Notes under the pieces: model-generated
Seen by the model: the letters and a program-made list of their open reading frames with translations, nothing else
Told to the model about the DNA's origin: nothing
The model's database searches: none
Part shown: positions 23,650 to 33,472 of the stretch, piece by piece
Layout: the number at the start of each line of letters is the position of its first letter
Position numbering within the stretch: the first letter of the stretch is position 1
Source: Bacteriovoracaceae bacterium
Lineage (GTDB): Bacteria; Bdellovibrionota; Bacteriovoracia; Bacteriovoracales; Bacteriovoracaceae
Direction: 5' to 3'
DNA length: 64,000 nucleotides
Assembly (NCBI GenBank): GCA_041586955.1
Contig: JBFGZE010000003.1
Location: 34,855-98,854 of the forward strand
Made by a program: the position numbers and the translations under genes

Positions 23650-23699
23650 AAAAAATGCCTTCTGCCCCCTCTACAAAAGGCTTTGAGGAAACAAAAGGC
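23650..23699 (-). terminator. Rho-independent terminator after feo operon
   Basis: Minus strand GCCTTTTGTTTCCTC-loop-GAGGGGGCAGAAGGC (15-bp stem with G:U pairs) followed by A-T6. Confidence 0.7.
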
Positions 23700-23726
23700 T
23701 GATTTATGTAATCATTTATTTTTTTG

Positions 23727-24008
23727 TTATTTCTTCTTATTGATAATGGTATTGGCCTTATCAAATTCTTTTTTCTCCAAAGACTGATATACATCATCCA
23801 GCATACTTTCATCGAAAGTTTTACCGTCCAAAAACTTAAGTGTTACAATCGCCGATACCTCAAGGGACTTAAGTGCCGCCTTAACGATTTCTTCCTTCTC
23901 TGTGTCACTTTTCTTGTCATATGGAATAACTTCCTCAAGATTTTCTAAAGCGTAGTGGCTGATAACTGATAATAATTTACCTAGATTTTGATCACTTATT
24001 GTGTCCAT
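23727..24008 (-). CDS. Hypothetical acidic protein (93 aa), last gene of feo unit
   Basis: ATG at 24008 with AGGAG RBS; the track's longer N-terminus overlaps the upstream small gene. Confidence 0.6.
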   Translation of the reverse strand: MDTISDQNLGKLLSVISHYALENLEEVIPYDKKSDTEKEEIVKAALKSLEVSAIVTLKFLDGKTFDESMLDDVYQSLEKKEFDKANTIINKKK

Positions 24009-24033
24009 TTTTTCTCCTATCTTCTCTATTGAA

Positions 24034-24192
24034 TTATTTTTTGATGCCGCAATGACACCCTCCACACTCTGTTTTGCTGCACGGATTGGCCAATTGATGT
24101 TTTCCTCTCTTTGGCACAAGCTTACTTGTTAATCCTCGCAGTATATATAAGGAAGCGATAAACAAAATTAAAAAAACAATCGCCTGCTCCAT
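24034..24192 (-). CDS. FeoB-associated Cys-rich membrane protein (52 aa)
   Basis: MEQAIVFLILFIASLYIL TM + 'CSKTECGGCHC'; RBS AAGGGGA; 11 nt after feoB. Confidence 0.85.
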   Translation of the reverse strand: MEQAIVFLILFIASLYILRGLTSKLVPKRGKHQLANPCSKTECGGCHCGIKK

Positions 24193-24203
24193 TTTATCCC
24201 CCT

Positions 24204-26396
24204 TTAGAATATTGTATTCACAATAACCGCCACTATAAATGCGAGTCCTGTGTAACCAAATACCGTAAAAGCACCCCATTTACGTGATCCCGTTTCTTTA
24301 CCAATCATCACCACAGTAACAAAACAGGGCGCATAAAGGATGGTAAAAAAGATCAAGGCCAAGGCCACTCCCCGATCCCAGGCGGGATCCTTGGCCAATT
24401 GCGTGGCCAAAGAACCTGTTTCTTCAGGGTCGACTGCTCCGATGGAATAAGCGGTCCCTAAGGTTGAGACAACAATCTCTTTAGCAGCGATACCACCAAT
24501 AATGGCAATATTTGTTCGCCAATCAAAGCCTGCATACTTTGTTATTGGTTCTAATAAAATTCCGGTACGCCCGGCTAGAGAATACCGTAATCCTATTTGA
24601 GATTCTTGATTATCAATGAGAATCAACTCTTTTTTTAGCTTTAAGGCCTGTTCCGATAATTCCTCATTATCCTCTTTGACCTCGTTTACAATATCCTGAG
24701 GATAATTTTTCGCAATTATTGTCTTCTGATCTTCAAACTGACGGCGTTCAGATTCTGGAAGCTGTGGGAAGGTCATCAATCCCCAAAGAATAATCGACAT
24801 CGCCAAGATTGTGGTGCCGGCCTTGCGAACATACATCCACGTTTTTTCCCAAGAATGAAAAATAAGACCTTTCATTGTGGGAAAGCGATAAGGAGGGAGT
24901 TCCATAATAAAACTTGAGGCCTCTCCCTTAATAATAGTACTTCCTAAAACTTTCGCCATAATCAAAGCAGAGAGCCAACTAAGTAAAGTAACCCCTAATA
25001 ATAGGAAGCCTTTATTTCCTGGAAAAAACGCCGAAATAAGTAGAGCAAAAACCGGAAGCTTCGCTCCGCATACCATAAAAGGAGCGGTCAAAATGGTTAA
25101 CAAGCGCTCCTTATGGCCTTTAATTGTTCGTGTCGCCATCACTCCCGGAACGGCACAGCCGCCAGCAATCCCCCCTGATACGACATAGGGAAGAACTGAA
25201 CTTCCTTGCAATCCAAATAAGCGAAAGAGCCTATCGAGCATATAGGCAACGCGGGCCATATATCCAGCATCTTCCAATATGGCGATCCCAAAAAACATAA
25301 ACAGGATGAGAGGGGTAAATCCAAGAACCCCCCCAACTCCTCCTATGATCCCATCAACAATAAGCGATTTTAATAACCCATCAGGTAATGCATTATTCGT
25401 CGTCGTCGCCAATACTTCAAAGAGCGATTCAAGCCAAGCAACAGGATACTCACTCGCCCAAAAGGTAAATTGATAAGAAAAATATAGAATGGCCAAAAGA
25501 ACAAAAGGACCAATATACCGGTGAGTGAGGACACGATCAATTCTATCAGAGATGAAGATGCGGTCCACAGCAGATTCTTTTCGAGTAATAACTTCTTTTA
25601 GCACCGAGCTCACTATTCCATAGCGATAATTGGCAACAGCTCCTTCACAATTGGTGTCATGAATTTTGATAATATGCTCGGTCAATTTTTTAATTTGACC
25701 TATTAGCTCAATATGTAATTTGATATTATCATTTTTACCCAATTCGAGAACTTGCTGATCTCCCTCAATATACTTTAAAGCGACCCAACGAGAGGAATAT
25801 TTATCTTTAAGAAAACCCTGTTCCTCGATAGACTTTGCTAAATCTTCGAGAAGAACATCTATATCTTCACCATAAGAAAAGTCCTCAATAGCAAATGATT
25901 TTTCGTTTGCTTGATAATGAGTAATGGCCTTTAAAAGCTCCTCTTTTCCTTTATCTTTTCTTGCAATGGTGGGAATAATAGGAAGTCTTAGATTTTTTGA
26001 TAACCGCTCAATATCAATCAATATTTCACGTTTTTCCGCGACATCGGTCATATTAAGGGCAAGAATTAATGGCACACCAAGCTCCATTAATTGCACTGTT
26101 AAATAGAGGTTTCGTTCAATATTAGAGGCATCAACCACCTGAACGATAAGGTCTGGTTTTTCATCAACAATATAGTCCCTCGCCACTTTTTCTTCCAATG
26201 AATAGGGAGTTAGAGAATAAACTCCGGGGAGGTCGACGAGGTTAATTGATTTATCATCAAATTGAATGGTCGCTGATTTTTTTTCCACGGTAACGCCAGG
26301 GTAATTCGCAACGTGATAATTGGTTCCCGCGAGAGCATTAAAAAGAGTTGTTTTTCCACTATTAGGGTTTCCAGCGATGGCAACATTAATATTCAT
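24204..26396 (-). CDS. feoB: Ferrous iron transporter B
   Basis: G1 GNPNSGKTT, 'NYPGVTVE', DLPGVYS, 'FIMELPPY', 'LYAPC'. Confidence 0.98.
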   Translation of the reverse strand: MNINVAIAGNPNSGKTTLFNALAGTNYHVANYPGVTVEKKSATIQFDDKSINLVDLPGVYSLTPYSLEEKVARDYIVDEKPDLIVQVVDASNIERNLYLTVQLMELGVPLILALNMTDVAEKREILIDIERLSKNLRLPIIPTIARKDKGKEELLKAITHYQANEKSFAIEDFSYGEDIDVLLEDLAKSIEEQGFLKDKYSSRWVALKYIEGDQQVLELGKNDNIKLHIELIGQIKKLTEHIIKIHDTNCEGAVANYRYGIVSSVLKEVITRKESAVDRIFISDRIDRVLTHRYIGPFVLLAILYFSYQFTFWASEYPVAWLESLFEVLATTTNNALPDGLLKSLIVDGIIGGVGGVLGFTPLILFMFFGIAILEDAGYMARVAYMLDRLFRLFGLQGSSVLPYVVSGGIAGGCAVPGVMATRTIKGHKERLLTILTAPFMVCGAKLPVFALLISAFFPGNKGFLLLGVTLLSWLSALIMAKVLGSTIIKGEASSFIMELPPYRFPTMKGLIFHSWEKTWMYVRKAGTTILAMSIILWGLMTFPQLPESERRQFEDQKTIIAKNYPQDIVNEVKEDNEELSEQALKLKKELILIDNQESQIGLRYSLAGRTGILLEPITKYAGFDWRTNIAIIGGIAAKEIVVSTLGTAYSIGAVDPEETGSLATQLAKDPAWDRGVALALIFFTILYAPCFVTVVMIGKETGSRKWGAFTVFGYTGLAFIVAVIVNTIF

Positions 26397-26634
26397 TAAT
26401 GTCCCCTTCGATGCGAACTAAAATATAATTGGCCTCATTATTTCTTAATGTTAAAACGTTATCTCTCACTTTAATGGCAATAGGATCATATAAGGGGGCC
26501 TCGCCTAGCATTTTTAACTCTATCCCAGGAGTTATCCCCATCTCACGGATTCTTCTGCCTAATTCGTTTTGCGCTGTAATTTTTAAAATAATTCCTTTTT
26601 GATTTTTAGTCATTTGTCTCAAGTTAACTTCCAT
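26386..26634 (-). CDS. feoA: Ferrous iron transport protein A
   Basis: 'RRIREMGITPG', 'APLYDPI', 'LRNNEA'; overlaps feoB start. Confidence 0.95.
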   Translation of the reverse strand: MEVNLRQMTKNQKGIILKITAQNELGRRIREMGITPGIELKMLGEAPLYDPIAIKVRDNVLTLRNNEANYILVRIEGDINEY

Positions 26635-26690
26635 TTATCTGCTCCACTAATATACTCGATACTCGCCGCTGGATTTGCGACGCACAAAAG

Positions 26691-26704
26691 TTTGACATAT
26701 CAAA
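26691..26704. promoter_or_regulatory. Palindrome over predicted feoA transcription start (candidate repressor site)
   Basis: TTTGACATATCAAA immediately downstream of -10 TATAGT (26709-26704). Confidence 0.4.
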
Positions 26705-26745
26705 CTATAATCGACACGCCACATGAATTCCCTGACTAAGATCAG
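26704..26745 (-). promoter_or_regulatory. Class II Crp/Fnr-type promoter of feoA
   Basis: CTGATCTTAGTCAG (26745-26732), centre 29.5 bp from -10 TATAGT. Confidence 0.7.
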
Positions 26746-26867
26746 CTCCATTCCTAAATTTTCTCTACCTATTTTAAAAATAAGAAAGTGATGTACATCT
26801 TTTTTATTCTGCATCCTGCATAGTACTTTCTGGACAATAACCTATTCCCCATTAAAAGGCGGTCCTA

Positions 26868-27299
26868 ATGAGTCTCTTTGAATGTACACGAAAGATTAAC
26901 TTTTGCTCTGGCCATAGAATTGTCGGCCACGAAAAGAAATGCGCGAATGCGCACGGTCATAACTATACTCTTTTTATTACTGCCCGATCAAATCAATTAG
27001 ATAGCATTGGCAGAGTGATTGATTTTTCCGACCTTAAAAAAATGATGGAAGGCTGGATTGATCAAAACTGGGATCATACTTTTATTATTTTCGAAAAAGA
27101 TGAATTATTGATGCCCTTAAAAGATAAACTAACAATAAATAAAAAAGTGTTCGTCTCACCATTTAATCCAACTGCGGAGAATATGGCCAATTATCTGCTC
27201 ACCGAAGTCTGTCCTGACATATTTAAAGAAAAAGGAATCGTTGTGACAAAGGTAGAAATTTGGGAAAGTGATAAAAACAAGGTCACAGTCTCTCTTTAA
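26868..27299 (+). CDS. queD: 6-carboxy-5,6,7,8-tetrahydropterin synthase (PTPS family)
   Basis: 'GHRI...CANAHGHNY', 'IDFSDLK', 'PTAENMA', 'WES'. Confidence 0.88.
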   Translation: MSLFECTRKINFCSGHRIVGHEKKCANAHGHNYTLFITARSNQLDSIGRVIDFSDLKKMMEGWIDQNWDHTFIIFEKDELLMPLKDKLTINKKVFVSPFNPTAENMANYLLTEVCPDIFKEKGIVVTKVEIWESDKNKVTVSL

Positions 27300-27326
27300 T
27301 TTAAAAGACTACAACCTATTTAAAGT

Positions 27327-27824
27327 TTAAAGGTTCCAATGATATCCGGTTAGCTCAAGACTTACCTGAGGAGTTTCAAGCTTTACCATACCATTAACGG
27401 GAAATGGGCCCATCCAAATATGGCCTTGAGATTTTCGATATTCGAAGGGAACGAACGACTCATAGGGATTTGCTTGAATTGGTAACTTACACGTTTGGAC
27501 ACTTTGATTATAGATAGTGAGTTTCTCAATAACGCCACCAATTTGAACACAACGTTGAATCACAAGCATCGCCAATTGTGGCGTGAAAACATCTTTCATC
27601 TCCACTGTCTCGTTTTCAACTTTAAGGATATTTCCTTGTGCATCTGCTGTTAACTTTTCCTCAATAAGAGCGTCAGTGCGAGTGTGATGAGTTTTGTATT
27701 CATTTTGTAAGTAGGCGATATGGCCTTGGTTTGAATAAACGGCATGTTGAATCCACTCTCCGACACGGTCATTTGCACTTAGTGAAGATGATAAAAGGGT
27801 CAGGACCAATAGAAGTCTTTTCAT
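27327..27824 (-). CDS. Secreted hypothetical protein
   Basis: Signal peptide MKRLLLVLTLLSSSLSA after GGAGG RBS; two Cys. Confidence 0.7.
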   Translation of the reverse strand: MKRLLLVLTLLSSSLSANDRVGEWIQHAVYSNQGHIAYLQNEYKTHHTRTDALIEEKLTADAQGNILKVENETVEMKDVFTPQLAMLVIQRCVQIGGVIEKLTIYNQSVQTCKLPIQANPYESFVPFEYRKSQGHIWMGPFPVNGMVKLETPQVSLELTGYHWNL

Positions 27825-27911
27825 TATTCCCTCCTGGAATAAAAGTAGATAATCCTTAGATAGGTCTAATTGTACCCGTAGACTGGTCAATAAACAATTG
27901 GATTGGGACTC

Positions 27912-27944
27912 AAAAAAAAAGCTTCCATCAGGAAGCCTTTTTTT
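27912..27944. terminator. Intrinsic terminator after nuoI
   Basis: A9-GCTTCC-ATCA-GGAAGC-C-T7. Confidence 0.8.
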
Positions 27945-27965
27945 ATTTAAAATTTAAATCAATTA

Positions 27966-28502
27966 TTATTTATCAACAATACGATGCTTCCATGCTCGAA
28001 TATCTGGAGCAAGGTAATCGTATTTCATTTCCGTTACCGTGTATTGAGAGAACTCATAATCAGTTGTGTGAGTAATACACTCAGTAGGACAAGCAGCAGT
28101 ACAAAGGCCACAATAGCAACATAGAGCGGTATCGATCGTGTATTGCTTCAGGTCTAATTTAATGGCGGTCCCACCATCAGTTTTAATCTTGGGGGCATCT
28201 TTATCTCTTCTTACCGCAGTAATATAGATACAGTCGACTGGACAAGCATTTGCACACTGCATACAGGAGATACAATTATCAACATCGTTAAAAAGACGGC
28301 TACGAGAATTTGCAGGTAGCTCCTCTCTTACTTCCGGATATTCAATCGTCACAGGTTTTACCCCATAAACATATTTAAATGTGATCCCCATACCTTTAGT
28401 GACTGTTCTGGCCGCAGTCCAAATATTTTTTAGCCATTTACCAAAGGTTAAAGGCTCTTCCTCTCGTAGGGGAGCTAAAGTAGATAAGTCCTTCGCATTC
28501 AT
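27966..28502 (-). CDS. nuoI: NADH:quinone oxidoreductase subunit I
   Basis: 'VTIEYPE', two ferredoxin motifs CISCMQCANACP / CCYCGLCTAACP. Confidence 0.93.
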   Translation of the reverse strand: MNAKDLSTLAPLREEEPLTFGKWLKNIWTAARTVTKGMGITFKYVYGVKPVTIEYPEVREELPANSRSRLFNDVDNCISCMQCANACPVDCIYITAVRRDKDAPKIKTDGGTAIKLDLKQYTIDTALCCYCGLCTAACPTECITHTTDYEFSQYTVTEMKYDYLAPDIRAWKHRIVDK

Positions 28503-29650
28503 CGATCAACCTCACCAAGTACGATATCAATAGAACCAATACTCGCCACAAAGTCAGCAATCATTTGACCCGGGGCCATTTCTCCAAGCATTGAAACATG
28601 GGTAAAACAAGAAGACTTCACCTTTAAACGGTAAGGAGTTTTTCCACCGTCAGAAATCAGGTGGTAGCCTAATTCGCCACGAGGGCATTCTGTTCGCATA
28701 TAAATTTCGCCAGCAGGAACCTTAATAATTTTTGGCACTTTACCAATGATTGGTCCCTCTTCAATACCATCAAGGCATTGGCGAATGATTTTAATAGATT
28801 CAAACATTTCAAGAACTCGGACTTGATAACGATCCCAACAATCTCCGACTTGACCTTTTTCACCTTTACCAACAATCACATCAAAATCAAGTTCCTCATA
28901 AAGACCATAAGGGCGTTTCTTTCTGAGGTCCCAATCAATACCGCTACCGCGAAGAACAGGCCCTGTTGCACCATAGCGATAGGCCATCTCTTCAGAAATG
29001 ACACCGACATTAGCAGTTCGACCAATAAAGATGGCATTCCCACCAACAAGAGTATGATACTTCTTGAGGTTTTCTTCCATCGTATCGCAAAACTTAGCAA
29101 TTCTTCTTAATTGGTCATCGTTAATGTCATTCCAAACACCGCCAATCCAAATATAATTATAAAGAAGGCGCGCTCCCGATAATTCTTCAAAGATGCGAAG
29201 AATATCTTCACGGTCTTGAAAAGCGTATAGAAAAGGAGAAAAGGCCCCCAGGTCAATGGCATAGGTTCCAAAGAACATAAGGTGGGAAGCAACTCTTTGG
29301 AGTTCACCTACAATTGTTCGAATATATTCGGCACGACGAGGAACTTCTGTCCCCAGCATTTTCTCTATAGTTAAGGCATAACCCCATTCCATACTCATTG
29401 ACCCTAGGTAATCCATACGGTCAACAAAAGGAATGACTCCTCGATAATCAAGATTTTCTGAATGCTTCTCCATACAACGGTGTAAATAGCCTAAGTAAGG
29501 AGTCGCCTCAGCAACAATTTCTGAGTCCGTTTTAATTTCAACCCGTAAAACGCCGTGTGTCGCCGGGTGCTGCGGTCCCATATTAACCGTTAATAAATCG
29601 GATTTAATTTTTTCGGTCTTTTCTGGTGTTTCGGCCTGTAAATCAATCAT
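28499..29650 (-). CDS. nuoD: NADH:quinone oxidoreductase subunit D
   Basis: 'NMGPQHPATHGVLR', 'GYLHR', 'PRGELG', 'DIVLGEVDR'. Confidence 0.97.
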   Translation of the reverse strand: MIDLQAETPEKTEKIKSDLLTVNMGPQHPATHGVLRVEIKTDSEIVAEATPYLGYLHRCMEKHSENLDYRGVIPFVDRMDYLGSMSMEWGYALTIEKMLGTEVPRRAEYIRTIVGELQRVASHLMFFGTYAIDLGAFSPFLYAFQDREDILRIFEELSGARLLYNYIWIGGVWNDINDDQLRRIAKFCDTMEENLKKYHTLVGGNAIFIGRTANVGVISEEMAYRYGATGPVLRGSGIDWDLRKKRPYGLYEELDFDVIVGKGEKGQVGDCWDRYQVRVLEMFESIKIIRQCLDGIEEGPIIGKVPKIIKVPAGEIYMRTECPRGELGYHLISDGGKTPYRLKVKSSCFTHVSMLGEMAPGQMIADFVASIGSIDIVLGEVDR

Positions 29651-29665
29651 TTATGTTCCTTAAGA

Positions 29666-30244
29666 TTAATCTTTCCAACTAAAGGTAACTTTTTTGGGGT
29701 CTTCCTGCTCTTCCTGAATCTTCTTATAAAAGTAATGATCTTCATGATTCATTTTATTTTCAGGGTTAACCACCATGCCATTATAAACTTCTTCTACGAC
29801 ATAATCTTTGCGCAAAGGATACCCCTTCCAATCTTCAGGGCAAAGAATTCGGCGAAAATCTGGGTGGCCGTCAAATACCACTCCAATCATGTCGTAACAT
29901 TCTCTTTCTTGAAAATCGGCAGCAGTCCATACCTCGACAATTGAGTCAATTTGAACCGTGGCGTCTTTATCCGTTTTAGGAAGTTTTACCTTAAGAATTA
30001 ATTCTGTATTAAAGATGAAACTCGCAAGAATATAGCTAACTTCAATACGATCTTCATAATCGCAGCCAGTTATAACTTGCAAAACATTCATTTGGAATTT
30101 TTCACTATCTCTTAAAGCTAAGCTGGCGGCCTTAATATGAGACGGCTGGATGAAGATTGTCGAATCTCCTACCTCGGCTTCTACCAAGGTGGCCTCACAA
30201 CCCGGAACTTGAGCGTTTAAAAACTCAACGATCTCTTTATGCAT
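29666..30244 (-). CDS. nuoC: NADH:quinone oxidoreductase subunit C
   Basis: '[20 protein letters not shown]', 'GYPLRKDY'. Confidence 0.95.
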   Translation of the reverse strand: MHKEIVEFLNAQVPGCEATLVEAEVGDSTIFIQPSHIKAASLALRDSEKFQMNVLQVITGCDYEDRIEVSYILASFIFNTELILKVKLPKTDKDATVQIDSIVEVWTAADFQERECYDMIGVVFDGHPDFRRILCPEDWKGYPLRKDYVVEEVYNGMVVNPENKMNHEDHYFYKKIQEEQEDPKKVTFSWKD

Positions 30245-30719
30245 GCTTTACCCACTTATCACGTAATAATCTTTCGTTAGCAATTTTCTTTTGTAATGTC
30301 ATAAGGCCTTCGATCAAGGCCTCTGGTCTTGGAGGACAGCCTGGAACATAAACGTCCACTGGAACAACCTCGTCGACACCTTTAAGAACATGATAACCAT
30401 GCTGCCAATAAGGTCCCCCTTTATTGGCACAAGATCCCATGGAAATAACATATTTTGGTTCTGGCATTTGCTCATAAAGAGTCTTCACTCTTGTTGCCAT
30501 TTTCAAAGTAACCGTTCCGGCGACAATCATGAGATCTGAGCGGCGAGGTGTGGCCATAAAAGCACCGCAACCAAATCTTTCGAGATCGTATTTGGCCGCA
30601 CCGGTTGCCATCATTTCAATAGCACAGCACGCTAAACCAAAAGTCATAGGCCACAGGGAATTTTTTCGTCCCCAGTTGAAAAAGTCGTCGACTTTCATCA
30701 AAATGACGCTGTCTTGCAT
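30237..30719 (-). CDS. nuoB: NADH:quinone oxidoreductase subunit B
   Basis: '[10 protein letters not shown]', 'SMGSCA', 'VPGCPPRPE'. Confidence 0.97.
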   Translation of the reverse strand: MQDSVILMKVDDFFNWGRKNSLWPMTFGLACCAIEMMATGAAKYDLERFGCGAFMATPRRSDLMIVAGTVTLKMATRVKTLYEQMPEPKYVISMGSCANKGGPYWQHGYHVLKGVDEVVPVDVYVPGCPPRPEALIEGLMTLQKKIANERLLRDKWVKHA

Positions 30720-30759
30720 TAAGGAAATCCTCTTTTAGTTATTGGAAAATATAGCTCTA

Positions 30760-30788
30760 AATTTACCTAGACTGGCTTTTTAAGTCAA
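30760..30788 (-). promoter_or_regulatory. Sigma70-type promoter of nuoB
   Basis: TTGACT-17 bp-TAAATT on minus strand. Confidence 0.55.
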
Positions 30789-30839
30789 CGGAAGTTCGGT
30801 TGCTTTTTACGATTTTAGTCAGGTTTTTGAGTCAAGAAC

Positions 30840-31829
30840 TTATCGCCCTGTCGCAGCATTTTTGAGTGAACTTAAATACCGATGACAACGCTTTTCAAAA
30901 ACAGACAATAATTGGTTATAAGTTGACTTTCTTTCAGTGGCAGGTAACCGACTAATTTCCATTAACTTAACCTGCTCATCCATAAATGCCAAACGTTTCT
31001 CATCGTTTTCACAGGCCCTTTCCATAATCGTTTCATATTCTAAAACGGCCGCCAATGGATAAGGAAGGCCATAGGCCGACGAAATAAATTCTTCCCCTAA
31101 ATCTGTCGCCAATGGTAAATCTTTTTTATGGAGCCGATGGCCTTGAATCCGATTTTTAAACTTTTTAAAATAATTCCCCAGTCTAAAGAACAATTGTTTC
31201 CCCTTATTCCGAGAAAACATACCATTTTCATTTTGGATTTTACGGCAACGGGATTTTTGATCAATATAACGAGGAAAAAGGTCACGAAAGACTTGGCACT
31301 CAACTAAAAAGGCATCGACCTCCCCACCCCTGCCACTAATAGTACTCATAATAAAATCTTTGAGCGCAAATTTTCCTTCATAGGGATTGAATGGATCGCG
31401 ATATACATAATGAATTAACTCATGGGCCAAATCGAGAATTGCATCCATTACTGTCAATTCTTGATTAATATAGACTCGGGACTCAACAACAAAAGTGAGC
31501 TCCTCTGGCCGTGACGCCTTAAAACGCCTAACTAAGGTTGTATCAGTCACTGAGCTACGTCCGGGAAAAATCACCTCTAAAAGGGTTAGCCCCTGCTCTG
31601 CCGCCCTTTTTTTCGCCTGCTCAATTAAGACCTTACCGCGAGCAGATCGGCGCAATAAACGAATGAGATGCAATAAACCATCTTCTTTATTTTTATAAAG
31701 ACTTATCCAGCGCTTATTATAATGATCATCACTTTCAACAAAAATATCTTGTTGCTTGCGTTGAAACATTTCAGCATGAGAAAAAGAGGAAGAGGCCATG
31801 AGAATAATGGTTAATAATAATATCTTCAC
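30840..31829 (-). CDS. Secreted protein with HExxH zinc-metallopeptidase-like motif
   Basis: Signal peptide; 'LDLAHELIH...EVDAF'. Confidence 0.55.
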   Translation of the reverse strand: MKILLLTIILMASSSFSHAEMFQRKQQDIFVESDDHYNKRWISLYKNKEDGLLHLIRLLRRSARGKVLIEQAKKRAAEQGLTLLEVIFPGRSSVTDTTLVRRFKASRPEELTFVVESRVYINQELTVMDAILDLAHELIHYVYRDPFNPYEGKFALKDFIMSTISGRGGEVDAFLVECQVFRDLFPRYIDQKSRCRKIQNENGMFSRNKGKQLFFRLGNYFKKFKNRIQGHRLHKKDLPLATDLGEEFISSAYGLPYPLAAVLEYETIMERACENDEKRLAFMDEQVKLMEISRLPATERKSTYNQLLSVFEKRCHRYLSSLKNAATGR

Positions 31830-31900
31830 CTCATTCTCTTCGGCTGCTAATAAATTGGCCCAAGAGAAATCTGATAGTATTATTCTAAGGTACTTCTTGC

Positions 31901-33472
31901 CTAAAGCTTCAAGGTTATTAACCGCGTATTTTGCTCAGAACTAAATTCTTCAGTCCACTCCTTGATCACGCTCCCTTTTTCTTGGTCGATAGAACGGAGA
32001 AGAACCTGGATCGTTTTCTTGCCCGCAGAAACGCAAGAAAAGGCCATACGCTGACTTTGTGGCAAAGTACTAACATAACGAGTGTCCGCTTTTTCTGAAG
32101 CTTTAATTGCCTTTGTAAGAGCTAAATACTGAAGGTAAGCTGAAGTTCGTGCAACAAAAGCATCTTTTTTCTTTAGGCCTTGATACGTTAGATAACTGGT
32201 GATTAATGCCGTTAAGTGCTTACTGCCAAGTCGTAATCCCTGACGTAAGTAAACTTCTCCACTATGCTCTTTTACTGCTTGAGAGGCCAACTCTCCAAGC
32301 GGATTGATAAGAGCAAAAGGCGCCGTAAACTCTTCCTTCCCTTTGTCATCTAAAATTCGGACGGAGTATACACTGCGTAGAGGAAGGGCCTGAATTTCAG
32401 GTAATTCAAACTCAACTGATAATTGTTGAACCATTGTTTGACCAATGGCATGGCCTACAAAATATTTACCAGGGGAGTAATCGCCAGGAGCTGGTGTTAA
32501 TTTTAATATATTGGCCGCAAAAAAACCGAGGATATCAAGAGAAGGCCCTGTTCTTTTTTCGTATAATTTTCCCAGGCCATAATAATGCTCTTTTGCTGTC
32601 TTTGGCGGAATCCAACCCTCTTCTAAAAGAAAGGCCAATTGCACCTGAGATTTTTTAGTCTTTAAGGGTAATTCTTTTAAAACAGCTTTGAGCTCTTTTT
32701 GGTAGAGAGTTGATTCAATATAATCGCTCTCCAATTTTTTGCGCGGTAACTTTGGTAATTTTTCAAAATCCGCATTAAACTTCTCCCATTTTGCATTAAA
32801 ACTGGGATAGGCATTATAATTTTGGCGTAGTAAGACATTTGAATTTTTCACTAATACTTTTGAAATCTGCCGATCTTCACTGGTATCAATGGCCAAATGA
32901 ATAAATTGACCCAATATCTTTGCCATTAAATCGTCTTTAAAAACGACCTGGCCTGCCCGAACCTGTTGCATTTCTCGAATGAATTGATCCCATGCCACTA
33001 GCTGAGCGCGGGCCTTATATAAATACTCTCTTCTCTTTGAAATCGGAAGGTCTAGGGAATTTTGATAAAGGAGAAAATAATTAAGTGTTTGGTAAAAATG
33101 AAGAGAGCTGACTTCATATTTTTCACCATAATAAATATCGGCGTTATCGTTTTTAAAATATTCTTCAAGTTTCCCCTTAAGCCTAATAGTATAGAGTTCT
33201 CCCACCACCCTGAGAGCTTCCTCAATCACTTGTGATGACCTAAGATAATTCCCCTTGCGATGGAGAATCAGTCCCTTTTCCATCAATTTTAACGGGTGAA
33301 CTATTTTTTTTTGAAAAAATTTTTCTTTCTCTAATAATTTAAGGGCCTGATCGTAATGGCCCGCTTGAACAAGATTTTTTAATTGAATTTGCTGAACCCT
33401 TCCACTTGAAGCACAAGAGATCAGGCCCAACAAACTAAAAGATATTAAAAAAAAATGAAATATTTTTACCAT
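31901..33472 (-). CDS. Lipoprotein, COG3014-like (TPR-containing)
   Basis: Lipobox LISC; 'Y.GEKYE', 'EEGWIP.K', 'EKADTR...LP'; adjacent to lpoB-like gene. Confidence 0.7.
   Translation of the reverse strand: MVKIFHFFLISFSLLGLISCASSGRVQQIQLKNLVQAGHYDQALKLLEKEKFFQKKIVHPLKLMEKGLILHRKGNYLRSSQVIEEALRVVGELYTIRLKGKLEEYFKNDNADIYYGEKYEVSSLHFYQTLNYFLLYQNSLDLPISKRREYLYKARAQLVAWDQFIREMQQVRAGQVVFKDDLMAKILGQFIHLAIDTSEDRQISKVLVKNSNVLLRQNYNAYPSFNAKWEKFNADFEKLPKLPRKKLESDYIESTLYQKELKAVLKELPLKTKKSQVQLAFLLEEGWIPPKTAKEHYYGLGKLYEKRTGPSLDILGFFAANILKLTPAPGDYSPGKYFVGHAIGQTMVQQLSVEFELPEIQALPLRSVYSVRILDDKGKEEFTAPFALINPLGELASQAVKEHSGEVYLRQGLRLGSKHLTALITSYLTYQGLKKKDAFVARTSAYLQYLALTKAIKASEKADTRYVSTLPQSQRMAFSCVSAGKKTIQVLLRSIDQEKGSVIKEWTEEFSSEQNTRLITLKL

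Noticed and set aside
24009..24279. Long N-terminal versions of the 23727 and 24034 ORFs
   Set aside because: Overlap upstream genes; downstream ATGs have good RBSs
26645..26751. 34-codon ORF or leader RNA upstream of feoA
   Set aside because: Spans the predicted promoter elements; no recognisable protein or riboswitch pattern
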